Shown: positions 24,078 through 37,279, counted from the first letter of the stretch. The stretch is 64,000 nt of DNA from Eledone cirrhosa (GCA_964016885.1 OZ024740.1:11532001-11596000), one strand, 5' to 3'. The notes: generated by a model not told the origin, from the letters alone. Made by a program: numbers and translations.

Positions 24078-25320
24078 AAACAGCTCACATGTGGACATGA
24101 TATATCTTGACTTTGCAAAGGCCTTTGACAAGGTCGACCACGGAATATGTCACAAACTACATGGACTCGGCATAACTGGAAAAGTAGGTGAGTGGCTGCA
24201 TGACTTCTTAAAGGACAGAAGCCAGACAGTCGCAGCAAATGGGGCCCTCTCAAAGGAAACATCAATAACAAGTGGGGTGCCCCAAGGGACAGTTCTGGGA
24301 CCACTACTGTTTTTGGTGGCTCTCAGACATTCCCTCTGTAGTACATACAACAACATCCCTCACTAGCTATGCTGATGACACTAAGGTAGCACAGGCAATC
24401 AAAAACCCGACTGACGCTGCCCTTTTACAACAAGATCTGGATGCCATATACAAATGGGCGGAAGAAAACATGCAGTTTAATGCTGGCAAATTGCAAGCCC
24501 TACAATACAAACCTGCAAACATAAATACAGTACAACACAGTTATGCAGGACCAGGAGGGACCGATATCCCCGTGTCACAATCAATACGAGACCTGGGTAT
24601 AGACATGAGCGATGATGCATCTTTTTCCTCACACATCATGAAAGTGGCGACAATGTGCAGAGGACTCGCTGGCTGGATCTTGAAGACTTTCCAGACAAGA
24701 GACCGAGACACCTTGTTGACACTATGGAGGACATTTGTCCTAAGCCGCCTGGATATTGCTCCCAACTGTGGTCACACCATAGTGTCAAACTAACCATGGA
24801 GCTTGAGGCAATCCAGTGAAGCTACACCAAGAGGATTGCCACGATGAAGGAGATAAGCTACTGGGAGAAGCTAAAAGAACTGAACCTCTACTCCTAGGAA
24901 TGAAGACGGGAGAGATACGCAGTGATCTACATGTGGAAAATCCTGGAGGGACTAGCACCAAACTTTGGCATTGGGAGCTCGACCAACCGTCAAACAGGAC
25001 GTCAGTGTGGTGCCACATCTAAAATAAGGAGCAGATATTGCAATAGCCTGGGATTCAAGGGTCCTCAACTTTTCAACAAGCTGCTGAGGGATCTGAGAGA
25101 TCTGCATGGTGTGGAGGTTGATGTCTTCAAGAAACATCTCAACACCTTGCTATCCAGGATCCCGGATGAGCCCACAGCAAGGCACGAGGGAAACCTAAGG
25201 GCAGCAGCAACAAACTCCCTCTTACACCAGTGGCCAACCAATACAGGCTGGAGATAAAATGTGTAGCAAAAAGGGCGGTGCCCCAGCATGGCCTCAGCTG
25301 GATGGCTGGAACAGGTAGAG
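24078..25320 (+). mobile_element. 5'-truncated CR1-group LINE (RT and C-terminus), frameshifted
   Basis: DMIYLDFAKAFDKVDH, SGVPQGTVLGPLLF, YADD, RDLG motifs across ORFs 24091, 24272, 24922. (TA)n on both sides. Confidence 0.88.
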
Positions 25321-25338
25321 TATATATATATATATATA

Positions 25339-26482
25339 TCATAATCTATAAAGCTCAGTGTGTGGTCATGCTCCTTTCTTATAGAAATCTACGATATAGA
25401 ATTTCTTCAATTGAAATTTACAATTCAGTATTCAAAATAGTTTCGATTGCGTCTTGGCACATCTCATTTTTTCAATTTCACCCACAATTACGCAAAAAAT
25501 AGATAAAACAATATTTTACGATTTTTCTCTGTCATTTAAACTGCTAAACTCTTTCCAAGCTTGATGGTGATACTGTCCGTTTTACTCTCTCATATCATCT
25601 GCTTACCTCTATCTACAACCCACACATTTTGCTACTTTCTCTTTTATACTTCAAATTATTACATTTCATACGAAACGACAATTATTCAAAAGCAACAGAT
25701 ACATTTATTCAACAACAAGCGATAAATCTTTTTTAAAACCTCTTTTCCAAACGCATACAAACACACACTCACTTCAACAACAACAACAACAACAATCTGC
25801 CTTTTATAGATAATGATAAACAATAATATCCTCTATGAGGTCACTAAACCTGCTAGAAACAGCAGCTAACTCTCCCCCATACCACACCCCTCCCTACTGT
25901 CTTAAATTTAGAAAACATATCTTCTATGAGGTCACTAAACCTGCTAGAAACAGCAGCTAAATCTCCCCCATATTACACCACTCCCTACTGTCTTAAATTT
26001 AGAAAACACATATCCTCTATGAGGTTACTAAACCTGCTAGCAACAGCAGCTAACTCTCCCCCATATCACACCCATCCCTACTGTCTTAAATTTAGAAAAC
26101 ATATCTTCTATGAGGTCACTAAACCTGCTAGAAACAGCAGCTAACTCTCCTCCATATCACACCACTCCCTACTGTCTTAAATTTAGAAAACACACAGACA
26201 ACCATGCAGAACACTCCATCGCAGCTCTGTTGTTCGGCTGGCATCGTCTACGCGCGTGTTGTGCAAGTACTGTGAAACAATAAATTTCAACACTTTTTTG
26301 CACAGAGATAATATCCATAGGCGAAACTACAATTGTCACTGCTGGCGCAGCTCCTGCTTCGGCAGTCCAGGTCTGCAATTCATTCAGTGCCTGGCAGACA
26401 AAAAAGTGCTGCCATAAAATGGGTGGTGCAACCTAACTTTGGTAACTTAATGACCCCGAGCGACGCCGGGCTTTAATGCTAG
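25339..26482 (+). mobile_element. Helitron-like element containing a minisatellite
   Basis: TC start within a TA tract; 3' GC-rich CCCGAGCGACGCCGGG followed by CTAG|T at 26479-26483. 5' boundary uncertain. Confidence 0.55.
25826..26192. repeat. Four-unit ~92-bp tandem repeat with alternating unit types
   Basis: ATGAGGT.ACTAAACCTGCTAG starts at 25835, 25926, 26019, 26110 (spacings 91, 93, 91). Unit starts alternate CCTCTATG / CTTCTATG. Confidence 0.9.
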
Positions 26483-26716
26483 TATATATATATTATTCAA
26501 AATATTAACAAATGAAAAATATTCTCATAATCAAAATATATACTTTATTATATATATTTCAGAGGTACTGTGTTGTTTTTTCAGTACGCCCTCATCAGAC
26601 AAATATATGATTTGATATATGACATACCGCTACGGTCTTGATTATTCAATTCCAGTTTTGGCAGCATAAAATATACATATATAAATATTGGTATTGGCAG
26701 AATATAAATATATATA

Positions 26717-28168
26717 TTCGCAAGAAGGAAATCAGAGGAAAGAAAGTTCAAGCATGTTCTACAACATGAGGACCAAAAACGTGAGGTGTTCAGGATTGCT
26801 AGGCAATGTGTCAAGGAAAACCGTGATATTGTCGGGGAGAAGTGTGTACTTAAGGATGATGGCATATTTGCCATCACCGACGCTGATAAGAAGGTAGCTT
26901 GGAAGTGTCACTACGAAGGCTACTAAATGATGAGAATAAATGGGAGAAAGACAGTCTCCCCCACATCGACCCAATAGAGGGACCAGCAGTGTTAGTCGAG
27001 GGTAGTATAATAAGTAAGGCAATCAAGGATATGAAGACGGGTAAGGCGGCTGGGCCTTCGGAAATAGTTGCTGAGATGCTGAAGGCATCTGGCACGGTGG
27101 GACACACCATGGTCACCCGGATAGTTAACCAAGTCGTACAGAATGGGGTTGTTCCGAAGGACTGGCATAGCAGCATCATCGTTAACTGTTATAAGGGTAA
27201 AGGAGATGCCCTAGATAGGAGTAACTATAGAGGCATTAAATTAATCGACCAGGTCATGAAGGTCACGGAAAAAGTAATAGCGCAACTAATCAGAGAGAGA
27301 ATTGACCTAGATGAAATGCAGTTCGGGTTTGTGTCAGGCAAAAGTACCACAGACGCTCTTTTCATTGTACGACAACTACAGGAGAAGTACCTAGCTAAAG
27401 GTAAACCCCTCTACTTAGCTTTTGTCGACTTGGAGAAAGCCTTCGACAGAGTCCCCCGTTCCATTATCTGGTGGGCCCTTAGAAAACTCGGTGACGACGA
27501 ATGGCTTGTGAGAGCTATACAAGCCATGTATAAAGAAACAGTCAGCAAGGTTAGAATTAACAACGAATATAGTGAAGAGTTTAGCGTAAAAGTTGGCGTC
27601 CATCAGGGCTGTTCTCAGCCCCCTACTATTTATTATTGCCCTTCAGGCTATAACAGAGGAGTTCAAGACCGACTGCCCATGGGAACTCCTATACGCAGAC
27701 GACCTAACGCTCATAGCTGAATAAATGGCCGAGCTAGAGAAGAAATTCCAAACATGGAAGCACGGCCTAGAATCAAAAGGCCTTAAAATTAATCTGGCTA
27801 AGACCAAAGTTCTAGTTTGTAGGAAAGAAAATAAGGCGCCGGGCCCTTCTGGGAAATGGCCATGCTCAGTGTGTAGGTAAGGCGTAGGTAGAAACTCCAT
27901 TTTATGTCCCAAATGCAAAGTATGGGTGCATAAAAGATGTAGTGGGATCACAGGTAAGCTAACTAAGAACATAGATTTCACATGTGGCCGGTGCTCTGGT
28001 GCAATAAGTAGCAGCAAGTGCCCACAAAATACTAGCTCTTTCAACTGCGCAGAGGGCTCTATAGAAATAGTGGACAGCTTCCATTACCTGGGTGACAAAA
28101 TCAGCAGTGGGGGAGGGTGCTCTGAAAGTACAGTAGCTAGAGTCAGAACTGGATGGAAAAAGTTCAGA
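26717..28168 (+). mobile_element. RTE family A internal fragment (A2), truncated at both ends
   Basis: Matches A1 ~3510-4960 with frameshifts and stops. Starts after a TA-rich run and ends fused to an inverted copy. Confidence 0.92.
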
Positions 28169-29766
28169 ATTCTCACTGTTCCTCTGTATTGTACGACTCT
28201 AATTGCTCTTCCTTACTATCAAAAGCATCAAGTAATATGCTTTTAAATTTATTACTGGCTGTGGGGTCTTTTAACTTCCATATTTTTCTCCTGAGGATAC
28301 TCCTCTTCTGTTGTCGAGTACGTCTCGTCCAGACTATGAGGTCGCTAATTATGAGTCTATGTTGAGAGGTGCATTCTTCATGGGGGAGGGATTTAGTGTT
28401 TACAACAGACACTCTGTCACGTCTCCTGGTAAAGATATAATCTACCTGGCTTGTGTGTTCCCCCGATCTATAGGTGATCAAGTGATTGTCTCGTTTTTTG
28501 AAGTTAGTGTTACAGATAGTTAGGTTATTTTGGAGCCTTCCTCATTTCTAGTACCAAACCCATAGCCTCCATGGATTCCGTCATAGCCGTCACAATGTTG
28601 TCCAACGTGGCCATTTAGGTCGCCAGCGATAACTATGTAGTCACTGTCGGTTATTTGGGAGGTAGTGAGCATTAACGTCTCATAGAATCTGTCTTTTATA
28701 ACGCCAGGCAGTCCAGATTGTGGTGCATATGCAGATATTATTGTCACAGTAGTTCTATTGAGGACAAGTCTTATTTTAATTATTCTGTCGTTCACTCTAT
28801 TTAAGTCTATTATCTTATCTGCCCACTTTTCTGCTAACATGATTCCTACTCCACCCTGCCCATTGTCATTTCGCACCCAGAAAAGCTTATAACATCGTTC
28901 TTTACCCACAATGAATCTAGCAGACCCACCCCTCCACCTGGTCTCTTGAATACAACAAACATCGACCTCCTTACGTTCAAGCATTTCTACAACCTCGTTA
29001 GAGCGACCCTTTAAGGTGCCTACATTCATGGTACCAACTCTGAAGTTTTGGATTGCGTTTGGAGGGTGGGGTGGGGGTGGATTATGTTAGTCATCCTCGG
29101 CCGAAACAAGGAGGAGGAGTCCTTGCATTCTCGTCCGGCAGCATGAGGTGAATTTGTCTTTATCTTTGGCATTGTCACTGAGTGTCCAGATTTTTTTTTT
29201 CTTTTCAAACTCTCCAGAATTCCGTAGTCCATCCATCATATCGAAAGGCAACCAGTTAAATGATAGCATAGGCCGCTGACTTATAATTGGCCCACGTAAT
29301 AATGGTGGTGCGTGGGGGCGGCTGGGAGGGATATGGGGTATTTCGCGAGAAGATTAAGGTTTAAATAAGATCCCCGTATTTTGGGCATAATTTAACAAGC
29401 ATAAAAGATACAAGATTTGTTTTGAAAAATACGCTAGAATTATCGAATAGAAAAGCAACAAGGATTGGATTCTGGGATAAATGATACAGATTGATGAATG
29501 GACTAAGGAATTAAAATGGAGAGAAGAGTGAAGAAATAGCAATTAGTACGTTACATTTCACCGTGCGTGCACCTAGCCTGAAATAGGGTTGGCGGTTTTT
29601 GTGTTTCGTACTTGCAAAGGATTTATTTTATATTTGGAGAGCGCGGAAGGGATTGGGGGCGAACCAGCATGATATAGAGGGGGGTGGGGTGAAGATAGGA
29701 GGGAGCAGAGGTTAAGAGTTTAAATAAAGTCCTCGTATTTGGGGCATAATTTAACAAGCATAACAA
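28163..29766 (-). mobile_element. RTE family A 5' part (A3, diverged subfamily): endonuclease region, 5' UTR and upstream ~359-bp repeat
   Basis: ORFs 28520-29029 and 28173-28481 match the A1 endonuclease; 29230-29340 matches the A1 5' UTR. A ~50-bp block recurs at ~29355 and ~29713. Confidence 0.88.
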
Positions 29767-29833
29767 ATATATATAGATATATAAATATATATATATATAA
29801 ATATACATATATATATATACATATATATATATA

Positions 29834-31060
29834 TAAGACCAAAGTACTAGTTTGTAGGAAAGAAAACAAGGCGGCGGTCCCTTCTGGGAAATGGTCGTGC
29901 TCGGTGTGTAGGAAAGGCGTAGGTAGAAACTCCATTTTATGTCCTAAATGCAAAGTATGGGTGCATAAAAGATGTAGTGGGATCACAGGTAAGCTAACTA
30001 AGAACATAGATTTTACATGTGGCCGGTGCTCTGGTGCAATAAGTAGCAGCAAGTGCCCACAAAATACTAGCTCTTTCAATTGCGCAGAGGGTTCTATAGA
30101 AATAGTGGACAGCTTCCGTTACCTGGGCGATAAAATCAGCAGTGGGGGAGGGTGCTCTGAAAGTACTGTAGCTAGAGTCAGAACTGGTTGGAAAAAGTTC
30201 AGAGAGCTTATACCACTATTAGCTGCTAAAGGGTTCTCCCTAAAAATGAAAGGCAGGTTGTACGATGCCTGCATACGAACAGCAATGCTGCATGGCAGTG
30301 AGACCTGGGCATTGTGTGCAGAGGATATACGCAGACTAGAGAGGAACGAAGCTTGCATGCTCCGCTGGATGTGTAACAGTAATATACGTGAACGGCAAAG
30401 CATAAACGAACTAAGGAAAAAATTAGAGATAAGAGGGATCAGATGTTGTTTACTCGAGAGAAGGCTACGTTGGTATGGACACGTGATGCGCATGAAAGTC
30501 GATAGCTGTATAACAAAGTGCAGGGCAATAAAGATAGACGGTAGTCACGGAATAGGCAGACCTAGAAAAATCTGGGACGAGCTGATAAACTCCGACATCA
30601 CACACTTACACCTCTCCAAGACAATGTCACTGGACCGAGACCTTTGGCGGTACTCAGTAACAGAGAAGACCCGCCTTACCTAAATATATAGTAAAACCTA
30701 CTCCAGCCAGTAGGCATCTCTAACAAAATACACCCCGTCCCACCACCACCACCCCCACCCCATCCACACCACCCCGTTCTATGTAAAGTTATGTTGGTGC
30801 CGCGCCATCGAGGCCGAAACAAATGAGATCGTGTAGGTGCCACGACAAAAAAACACACAGTCCACGCTGTAATGTGGCCGTGTAGGCAACACGGTAAAAA
30901 CCTCCCAGACCCACACTGTAAATGTGGTTGGTGTTAGGAAGGGCATCCAACTGTAGAAAACCTGCCAGACAGTCCTATGCGAGCAAGACAATCACTCTTG
31001 CCTCAAGTGGGACTACCCCCGTCCAAACCCATGCAAGCGTGGAACACGGACGTTAAACGT

Positions 31061-31090
<30 letters not shown>
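29834..31090 (+). mobile_element. 5'-truncated RTE family A copy (A4)
   Basis: Starts at KTKVLV right after (TA)n; open to EKTRLT*; complete 3' UTR and (GAT)n tail. Confidence 0.95.
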
Positions 31091-31091
<1 letters not shown>

Positions 31092-31117
31092 ATATATATA
31101 TATATATATACACACAT

Positions 31118-32005
31118 ATCATCATCATCATCGTTTAACGTCCGTGTTCCACGCTTGCATGGGTTTGGACGGAGGGTTTTCCCACTTGAGGCAAGAGTGG
31201 TTATCTTGCTCGCATAGGACTATCTGGCGGGTTTTCTACAGCTGGATGCCCTTCCTAACACCAACCACATTTACAGTGTGGGGCTGGGAGGTTTTTACCG
31301 TGTTGCCTACACGGCCACATTACAGCGTGAACTGTGTGATTTTTGACGTGACACCTACGCGATCTCATTTGTTGTGGCACCAACATAACTTTACATTGAA
31401 AGGGGCGGTGTGGATGGGGTGAGGGTGGTGGGACGGGGGTGTATTTTGTTAGAGATGCCTACTGACTGTAGTAGGTTTTACTTTGTATTTAGGTAAGGCG
31501 GGTCTTCTCTATTACTGAGTACCGCCAAAGGTCTCGGTCCAGTGACATTGTCTTGGTGAGGTGTGTGTGAGGTCGGAATTTATCAGCTCCTCCCAGGTTT
31601 TTCTGGGTCTGCCTATTCCGTGGCTACCGTCTATCTTTATTGCCCTGCACTTTGTTATACAGCTATCGTCCTTCATGCGCATCACGTGACCATACCAACT
31701 TAGCCTTCTCTCGAGTAAACAACATCTGATCTCTCTTATTTCTAATTTTTTCCTTAGTTCGTTTATGCTTTGCCGTTCACGTATATTACTATTACACATC
31801 CAGCGGAGCATGCAAGCTTCGTTTCTCTCTAGTCTGCGTATATCCTCTGCACACAATGCCCAGGTCTCACTGCCATGCAACATTGCTGTTCGTATGCAGG
31901 CATCGTACAACCTGCCTTTCATTTTTAGGGAGAACCCTTTAGCGGCTAATAGTGGTATGAGCTCTCTGAACTTTTTCCACCCAGTTCTGACTCTAGCTAC
32001 TGTAC
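31118..32005 (-). mobile_element. 5'-truncated RTE family A copy (A5), tail-to-tail with A4
   Basis: ATCATC tail, 3' UTR and C-terminal ORF on the minus strand; bounded by TA tracts. Confidence 0.93.
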
Positions 32006-32025
32006 ATATATATATATATATACAT

Positions 32026-32214
32026 ATCATCATCACCGTTTTACGTCCGTTCTTCCATGCTAGCATGGGTTAGACGGGTTGTCCTGTTGTTGGCAGTGTC
32101 TGGTCGGCTGACCATGCCTTGCTCATACAGGAACTGATTTTTGGCTTGATTTCTACTGCTGGATGCCCTTCCTAACACCAACCTCATTTACAGTGAGTGC
32201 TGGGTGCTTTTTCC
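32026..32214 (-). mobile_element. RTE family B 3' UTR-only insertion
   Basis: Nearly the same as 54233-54430; flanked by TA runs. Confidence 0.85.
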
Positions 32215-32239
32215 GTATACATATATATATAAATATAAA

Positions 32240-32822
32240 GAAGTCGAGGGGGTTGCAGTCAGGCGAGCTGGGAGGCCAGATGTCAGGTGAAGTGTGGTCG
32301 GCGAAGTTCTCTGACAACCAGGCTTGGGTCTTTCGGCTGGTATGGCAGGGCGCTGAGTCTTGCTGCCACACGTACGGCCTACCTGCAGCTACCTGGTCGA
32401 TCCAGGGCTTTACTACCTCGCTCAGAACGCGGATGTAGCCATCGGTGTTCAGCTTGAGACCCTCAGGGAAGAACTCAGCGTTCTGAAGGCATCAGATCGT
32501 CGATCATGTATTTTCCTCTATGATGTTGCTCTTTAGTCGAATCCTGAATCTTCCAATTCCTTTCTGACCTTTTCCACCATTCTCCTGCTGATGCTGAGAA
32601 AGTCTGAAATTTTCATATTTGTCCTCCCGGCGCAGATTCAAAGAAGAAGTCCGTGTCTCTTCCACAAATTTGGAGGTTCAAAATTATTCATAATTAATTA
32701 TTCTGAAAATAAATAATGGAAATATAGTAACTGTTTTTATGAAGACAAGAGTGACAACATAAGTAAAAAAAAAATTGCATAAAATTAGCATTTGAAAATT
32801 GCCAATAAATATCGTCTGCACC

Positions 32823-32825
<3 letters not shown>
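32240..32825 (-). mobile_element. Tc1/mariner-superfamily fragment (maT/rosa-like), deleted
   Basis: WQQDSAPCH...WPPSSPDCNPLDF catalytic-region motifs; terminus CAGGGTG next to a TA tract at 32825. Confidence 0.75.
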
Positions 32826-32877
<52 letters not shown>

Positions 32878-32919
32878 TTTGTATATATATATATGAATAT
32901 ATATAAATATTTGTATATA

Positions 32920-34218
32920 CAAGGGGGGATCAAAAAGTTCGCAGAATTTTTCAGAAAATATTCTATTTTTCAAAAAATATGATTTACCTTCAATTTATTT
33001 TTCTACATAGTTGCCATCCAGGTCAATACACTTCACAAGGCGATGCTTTCAGCTTCGTAAGCCGTCTCTAAAGAAAGTTGAAGGCCTGTTCGAAGCCATG
33101 TGTTGGCAGTGTTTTTAGCTTCTTCAACACCACTAAAGCGGGTTCCTTTTAGCATTTCTTTGAGTTTTGGAAAAAGTCTGATGGGGCTAAATCTGGACTA
33201 TAAGGCGGGTGAGGAAGCACTCCCCATAGAAATTCTCAAAGAACTTCTTTTGCAACCCACGCAGAATGCACTGGTGCATTGTCATGGTCAAACAAGATCC
33301 CACCATGAAGTTTCCCTTTTCGTTTCTTGACTAATGCCTCTTTCAGCTTCCTTAAAACATTTGCATAGTAAGCTCCTGTCACAGTTCTTTGACCTTCAAG
33401 ATAATCTATTAGTATCACCCCATCTGAATCCCAGAAAATGGTGGCCATCACTTTTTGATCCGACTTTTGAGATTTGAACTTGATTGGCCCCGATGATCCA
33501 CGTGGAAGCCACTGTTTTGACTGCTGTTTGGATTCAGGATCATACTGGTAGATCCAGGTTTCATCTCCGGTGATGATTCTGGTTAGGAAATGCTCTTCAT
33601 CAACTTCAATTTTGTTTAATATCGCCAAAGACAGATCACTTCGAAGAATCAGTTGATCAGGGCGCAACGCTTTTGGGACCCATCGCGCTGAAAGCTTGCT
33701 TAGTTATCGTGCAGAATTGAATTTGCCGAACCATATGAAATGTCTAGGGACTTAGCTAACTGATTAACTGTTATTCGTCAATCTTCTTCAATTAAAGTCT
33801 GAGCAGCCTCAATGTTTTGGTCATTTTTTTTATGTTCCTAGTCTTCCACTGCGATGGTCGTCTTCAATGTCGTCTCTCCCTTGTTTGAATCACTGAATCC
33901 ACTTGTAGACAGCAGTTTTCTTTGGAGCAGTAGTACCGTAAACTTTAACTAAAGCCTCCATAATCTGTGTCCCTTTCCATTTGAGTTTCACCAGAAACTT
34001 GATATTCGATCTTATCTCAAAATAACTATTTTCCATTGTTCCAAAAAGAGGTTTTTTTAAAGAGTGTCAGTACTGTACAATAGTCCGCGCATAACTGACT
34101 GCAAGTGACTAATAGCAAGGTAAACACCCAGTGACAATGTTCTGACATGTTTAATATTGTTTTAACCTATTTTTCTCTTACTACGATAAAATTCCGCAAA
34201 CTTTTTCATCCCCCCTCG
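32920..34218 (-). mobile_element. Full-length (1299 bp) mariner element with TA target duplication
   Basis: 31-bp imperfect TIRs: CAAGGGGGGATCAAAAAGTTCGCAGAATTTT and, reverse-complemented, CGAGGGGGGATGAAAAAGTTTGCGGAATTTT. TA on both sides. Confidence 0.92.
32995..34036 (-). pseudogene. Mariner transposase, disrupted
   Basis: MENSYFEIRSNIKFLVKL start, ARWVPK, RIITGDETWIYQYDPE, DHDNAPVH, YVEK* end; internal stops and frameshifts. Confidence 0.88.
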
Positions 34219-34262
34219 TATATATGAATATTTGTGTATATATATATATCATCATTTTATTT

Positions 34263-34578
34263 ATCATCATCATTTTACGTCCGCTTTTCCCTGCTTGCAA
34301 GGGTGGGACGGGAACTGATTCTAGCTTGATTTTTACAGCTGGATGCCCTTCCTAACACCAACCTCATTTACAGTGAGTGCTGGGTGCTTTTTGCCATGGC
34401 ACTTCTACGACCACTTTGCAGTGGAATGATAGGGACCCCAGTCCTATCATCTCATTTCTACAGCTGAGTAAACTGGAACAATGTGAAATAAAGTGTCTTG
34501 CTCAAGGAAACAACACATCACCCGGTCTGAGAATTGAACTCACAACCTTTTGATTGCAAGGCCAATGCTCTAACCGCT
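34263..34578 (-). mobile_element. tRNA-derived CORE-type SINE, 5' end clipped
   Basis: Same sequence as 22441-22788 without the first ~15 nt. Confidence 0.88.
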
Positions 34579-34623
34579 ATCGTTTGTTGGAAAAAGAAGT
34601 AAGTGACATAGTCACTACTTTAA

Positions 34624-37116
34624 CCCTTTAGCATTCAAACCGACAAGATTATGTCCTTTTTCATTTATTCAAACCGACAAAAACCGACATTTAATACCAC
34701 ACGGAGATCTCCTTCTAAAAATAAACATTGACATCATCGAAATCTCGTCAATTTGAGATTACTGCGAGATAAAGCCCTTACGCGCGAAAATTAACTCTTA
34801 GTATAGTTAAAGAACTTGAGATAACACGTGTTTTTAACGTTGAAAGTGTAACATGGCTTCCGAAAGTAGCGACAACGAATTTGAAGGTTTTACGTCCGAC
34901 GACATTCGAGATCAAAAAGAAACAGAAGATAATATCAGTGATTTATCTTCAAACGAATCAGATATATTTATTTTTGATATATCTGATAATGATGATAGTC
35001 ACTTTGAAAATGAAAGAGAAGATATAACTGACACCATTGAAAAAACACCAACGTGGTTGAAAGAAACAACACCGATACATGTTTCGGATTTTACTGAAAA
35101 TATTGGACCACAACAAACATTACCACCCGATGCTAAAGCACTGGGTTATTTATTTTTTTTTTTATCACAAACTTTCTTCGAAGTTGTGGCAAATCGCTAT
35201 GCACAACAACAGATTTCTAATATCGGAAAACCCGATCTGTTATGGCGTCCGACAGATTCTGCCGAAATGAAAGCGTTTTTTACCATAAACATTATGTTTG
35301 GTATTAAACAATTTCCACGACTGTGGAATTATTGGAGTACTGATATAAGGTTTGGTGACCCTTATATATCTAGTATTATGGCAAAAACGAGATTCATCAA
35401 ATTAAACCAGTGTTTGCATCTGGTTGATACTTCAAATGCCCCTGGTAGAAATGAATCAAATTACGACCCACTGTACAAAGTACAACCATTAATTGAAATG
35501 TTGTCAGAAAAATTTAAAAGTGTGTATATACCTGGATAAAATCTTAGTGTTGATGAAGCTATGATTGGGTATAAGGGTAGGGTTCATTTCAGACAGTATA
35601 TGCCAGCTAAACCCACCAAATGGGGCATCAAAGTGTGGGAACTGTGTGAATCGGACACAGGATACTGTGTAAACTTTGATGTTTACACAGGAAAAAAACA
35701 TAACGGAGAGAAAAAACACGGGTTGGCTTACGATGTTGTGTGGTCACTGACTCAACCCTTCCACTCTCAACACAGACATATTTATTTTGACCATTTTTTT
35801 TCTTCGGTGCTTTTAGCAGAGGATCTTGCCCTTGTAAATACATACACCTGCGGCACAATAATGAGCAATCGGAAAGGGCTACCCCAAGAAATAAAAGAGA
35901 ACATGTTAGCCACAGTGTTCAAAGACAAACGGCAAATTTTGTTCCTGAGTTCTAACCAACAATCAGGTGTTGGGGCTGAGGGTAGACCTTTAGTTAACCT
36001 CTCCTACAATAAATATATGGGTGGGGTTGACAAATCTGACCAATATTGTGCTTATTACCCAGTTGGGCGCCCTGGAAAGAAATGGTGGAGATACATCTTG
36101 TGGTTTTTAGTGAATTTAACCATTGTGAATTCTTTTATTGTATTTACTATAAGCCACAAGAATCCGCCACCACCAAAGGACTACTGTCATATGAAGTTTT
36201 GCGTGGACATTGCATCCCAGCTACGTGGAGGAAATACTTCTCGCAAACACAAAGCTGGGAAAAAATCAAAATTAGCAGTGGTCCACAAAGAAAATATTGA
36301 TTTTCATAAAGTGGAGAGAATTGATGGTAGGAGGAAGGTTTGCCGATTGTGCTCTTTGCAAAAGAGAAAAACTGTTAAAGGTTACGCAATCCAAACCCTA
36401 TTTATGTGTTCCTTTTGCAAAGTGCCATTATGTAAAGGGTGCTTTGGGCAGTATCACGATAGAAATATTGTCTGACAATATTGAAAACAATATTTTAAAA
36501 ATATATTAGAACACATATACAAAAACACCTGCATTCACCTGTGTCACACCTGTTAATGAACTTATATATTGGGAACACTCTGTTACATAAATTTACACCG
36601 TACATTGTGTAAGAGTACATTGCCAATATTATTTTGACTGGTGAAAAGGTTTTATACATTTTTTTCAATGAAAATATTTGCCTGGAATCTAGAGAAAGAC
36701 TAAAACCTTGTACTGATTACACCTGCATTTTTAATTAATTCACCTGTTCGGAAAACTGCTAGAATTGATGGAAATCAGCATGTAGGTCATTATTGGATTT
36801 TTTTGGCAACAAATCTAACAGGTAAGGCAGATAAAGTTTAAATTTTTGTGTTTATCCATGAAGTTATTACTTTTACACCTGTTAATTAATTTCACCTGCT
36901 CATAAAAGTCAAATTTAACAAAAAATATCAGATAAAAATATATAATTGTAAATTATAGTTATTTAAACATCTACTGACAAAATTTGAAGTCTGCACATAG
37001 AAAATTAAAGTAATTACAAACAAATAAAATTGATAACCCTCTTGAGTATAATTAAGTGAAAATAATGCGAATAGCTGAACATGACATTTGACAATTCAAT
37101 GTGAATGCTAAAGAGT
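34624..37116 (+). mobile_element. Full-length piggyBac transposon (~2.5 kb) with TTAA target duplication
   Basis: TTAA|CCCTTTAGCATTCA ... TGAATGCTAAAAGAG|TTAA (TTAA at 34620-34623 and 37117-37120); internal transposase. Confidence 0.92.
34853..36475 (+). pseudogene. piggyBac transposase (PGBD4-like) with an in-frame stop
   Basis: ORFs 34853-35539 and 35561-36475 share a frame, separated by TAA at 35537-35539 just before NLSVDEAM. Motifs KPTKWGIKVW, YFDHFF, YNKYMGGVDKSDQ and a C-terminal Cys-rich domain are present. Confidence 0.88.
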
Positions 37117-37279
37117 TAAAACAATAGCGTTAAGGTTTTCAAAATGCTTTTAATTAAGCATACAGTGTATTGCCAAATATACTATATATACATTTATATA
37201 TACATATATATGCTGTTCTATATTTTTGAGACGAGGAATTATTTACATTGGACGGATAGGTGTCCTCATCTTGTTTTGT

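Noticed and set aside
34853-36475. Domesticated PGBD gene or exon-trap fusion with Syncrip
   Set aside because: Intact TIRs and TTAA sites, a second local copy and a nonsense codon indicate an ordinary transposon; no convincing acceptor identified.
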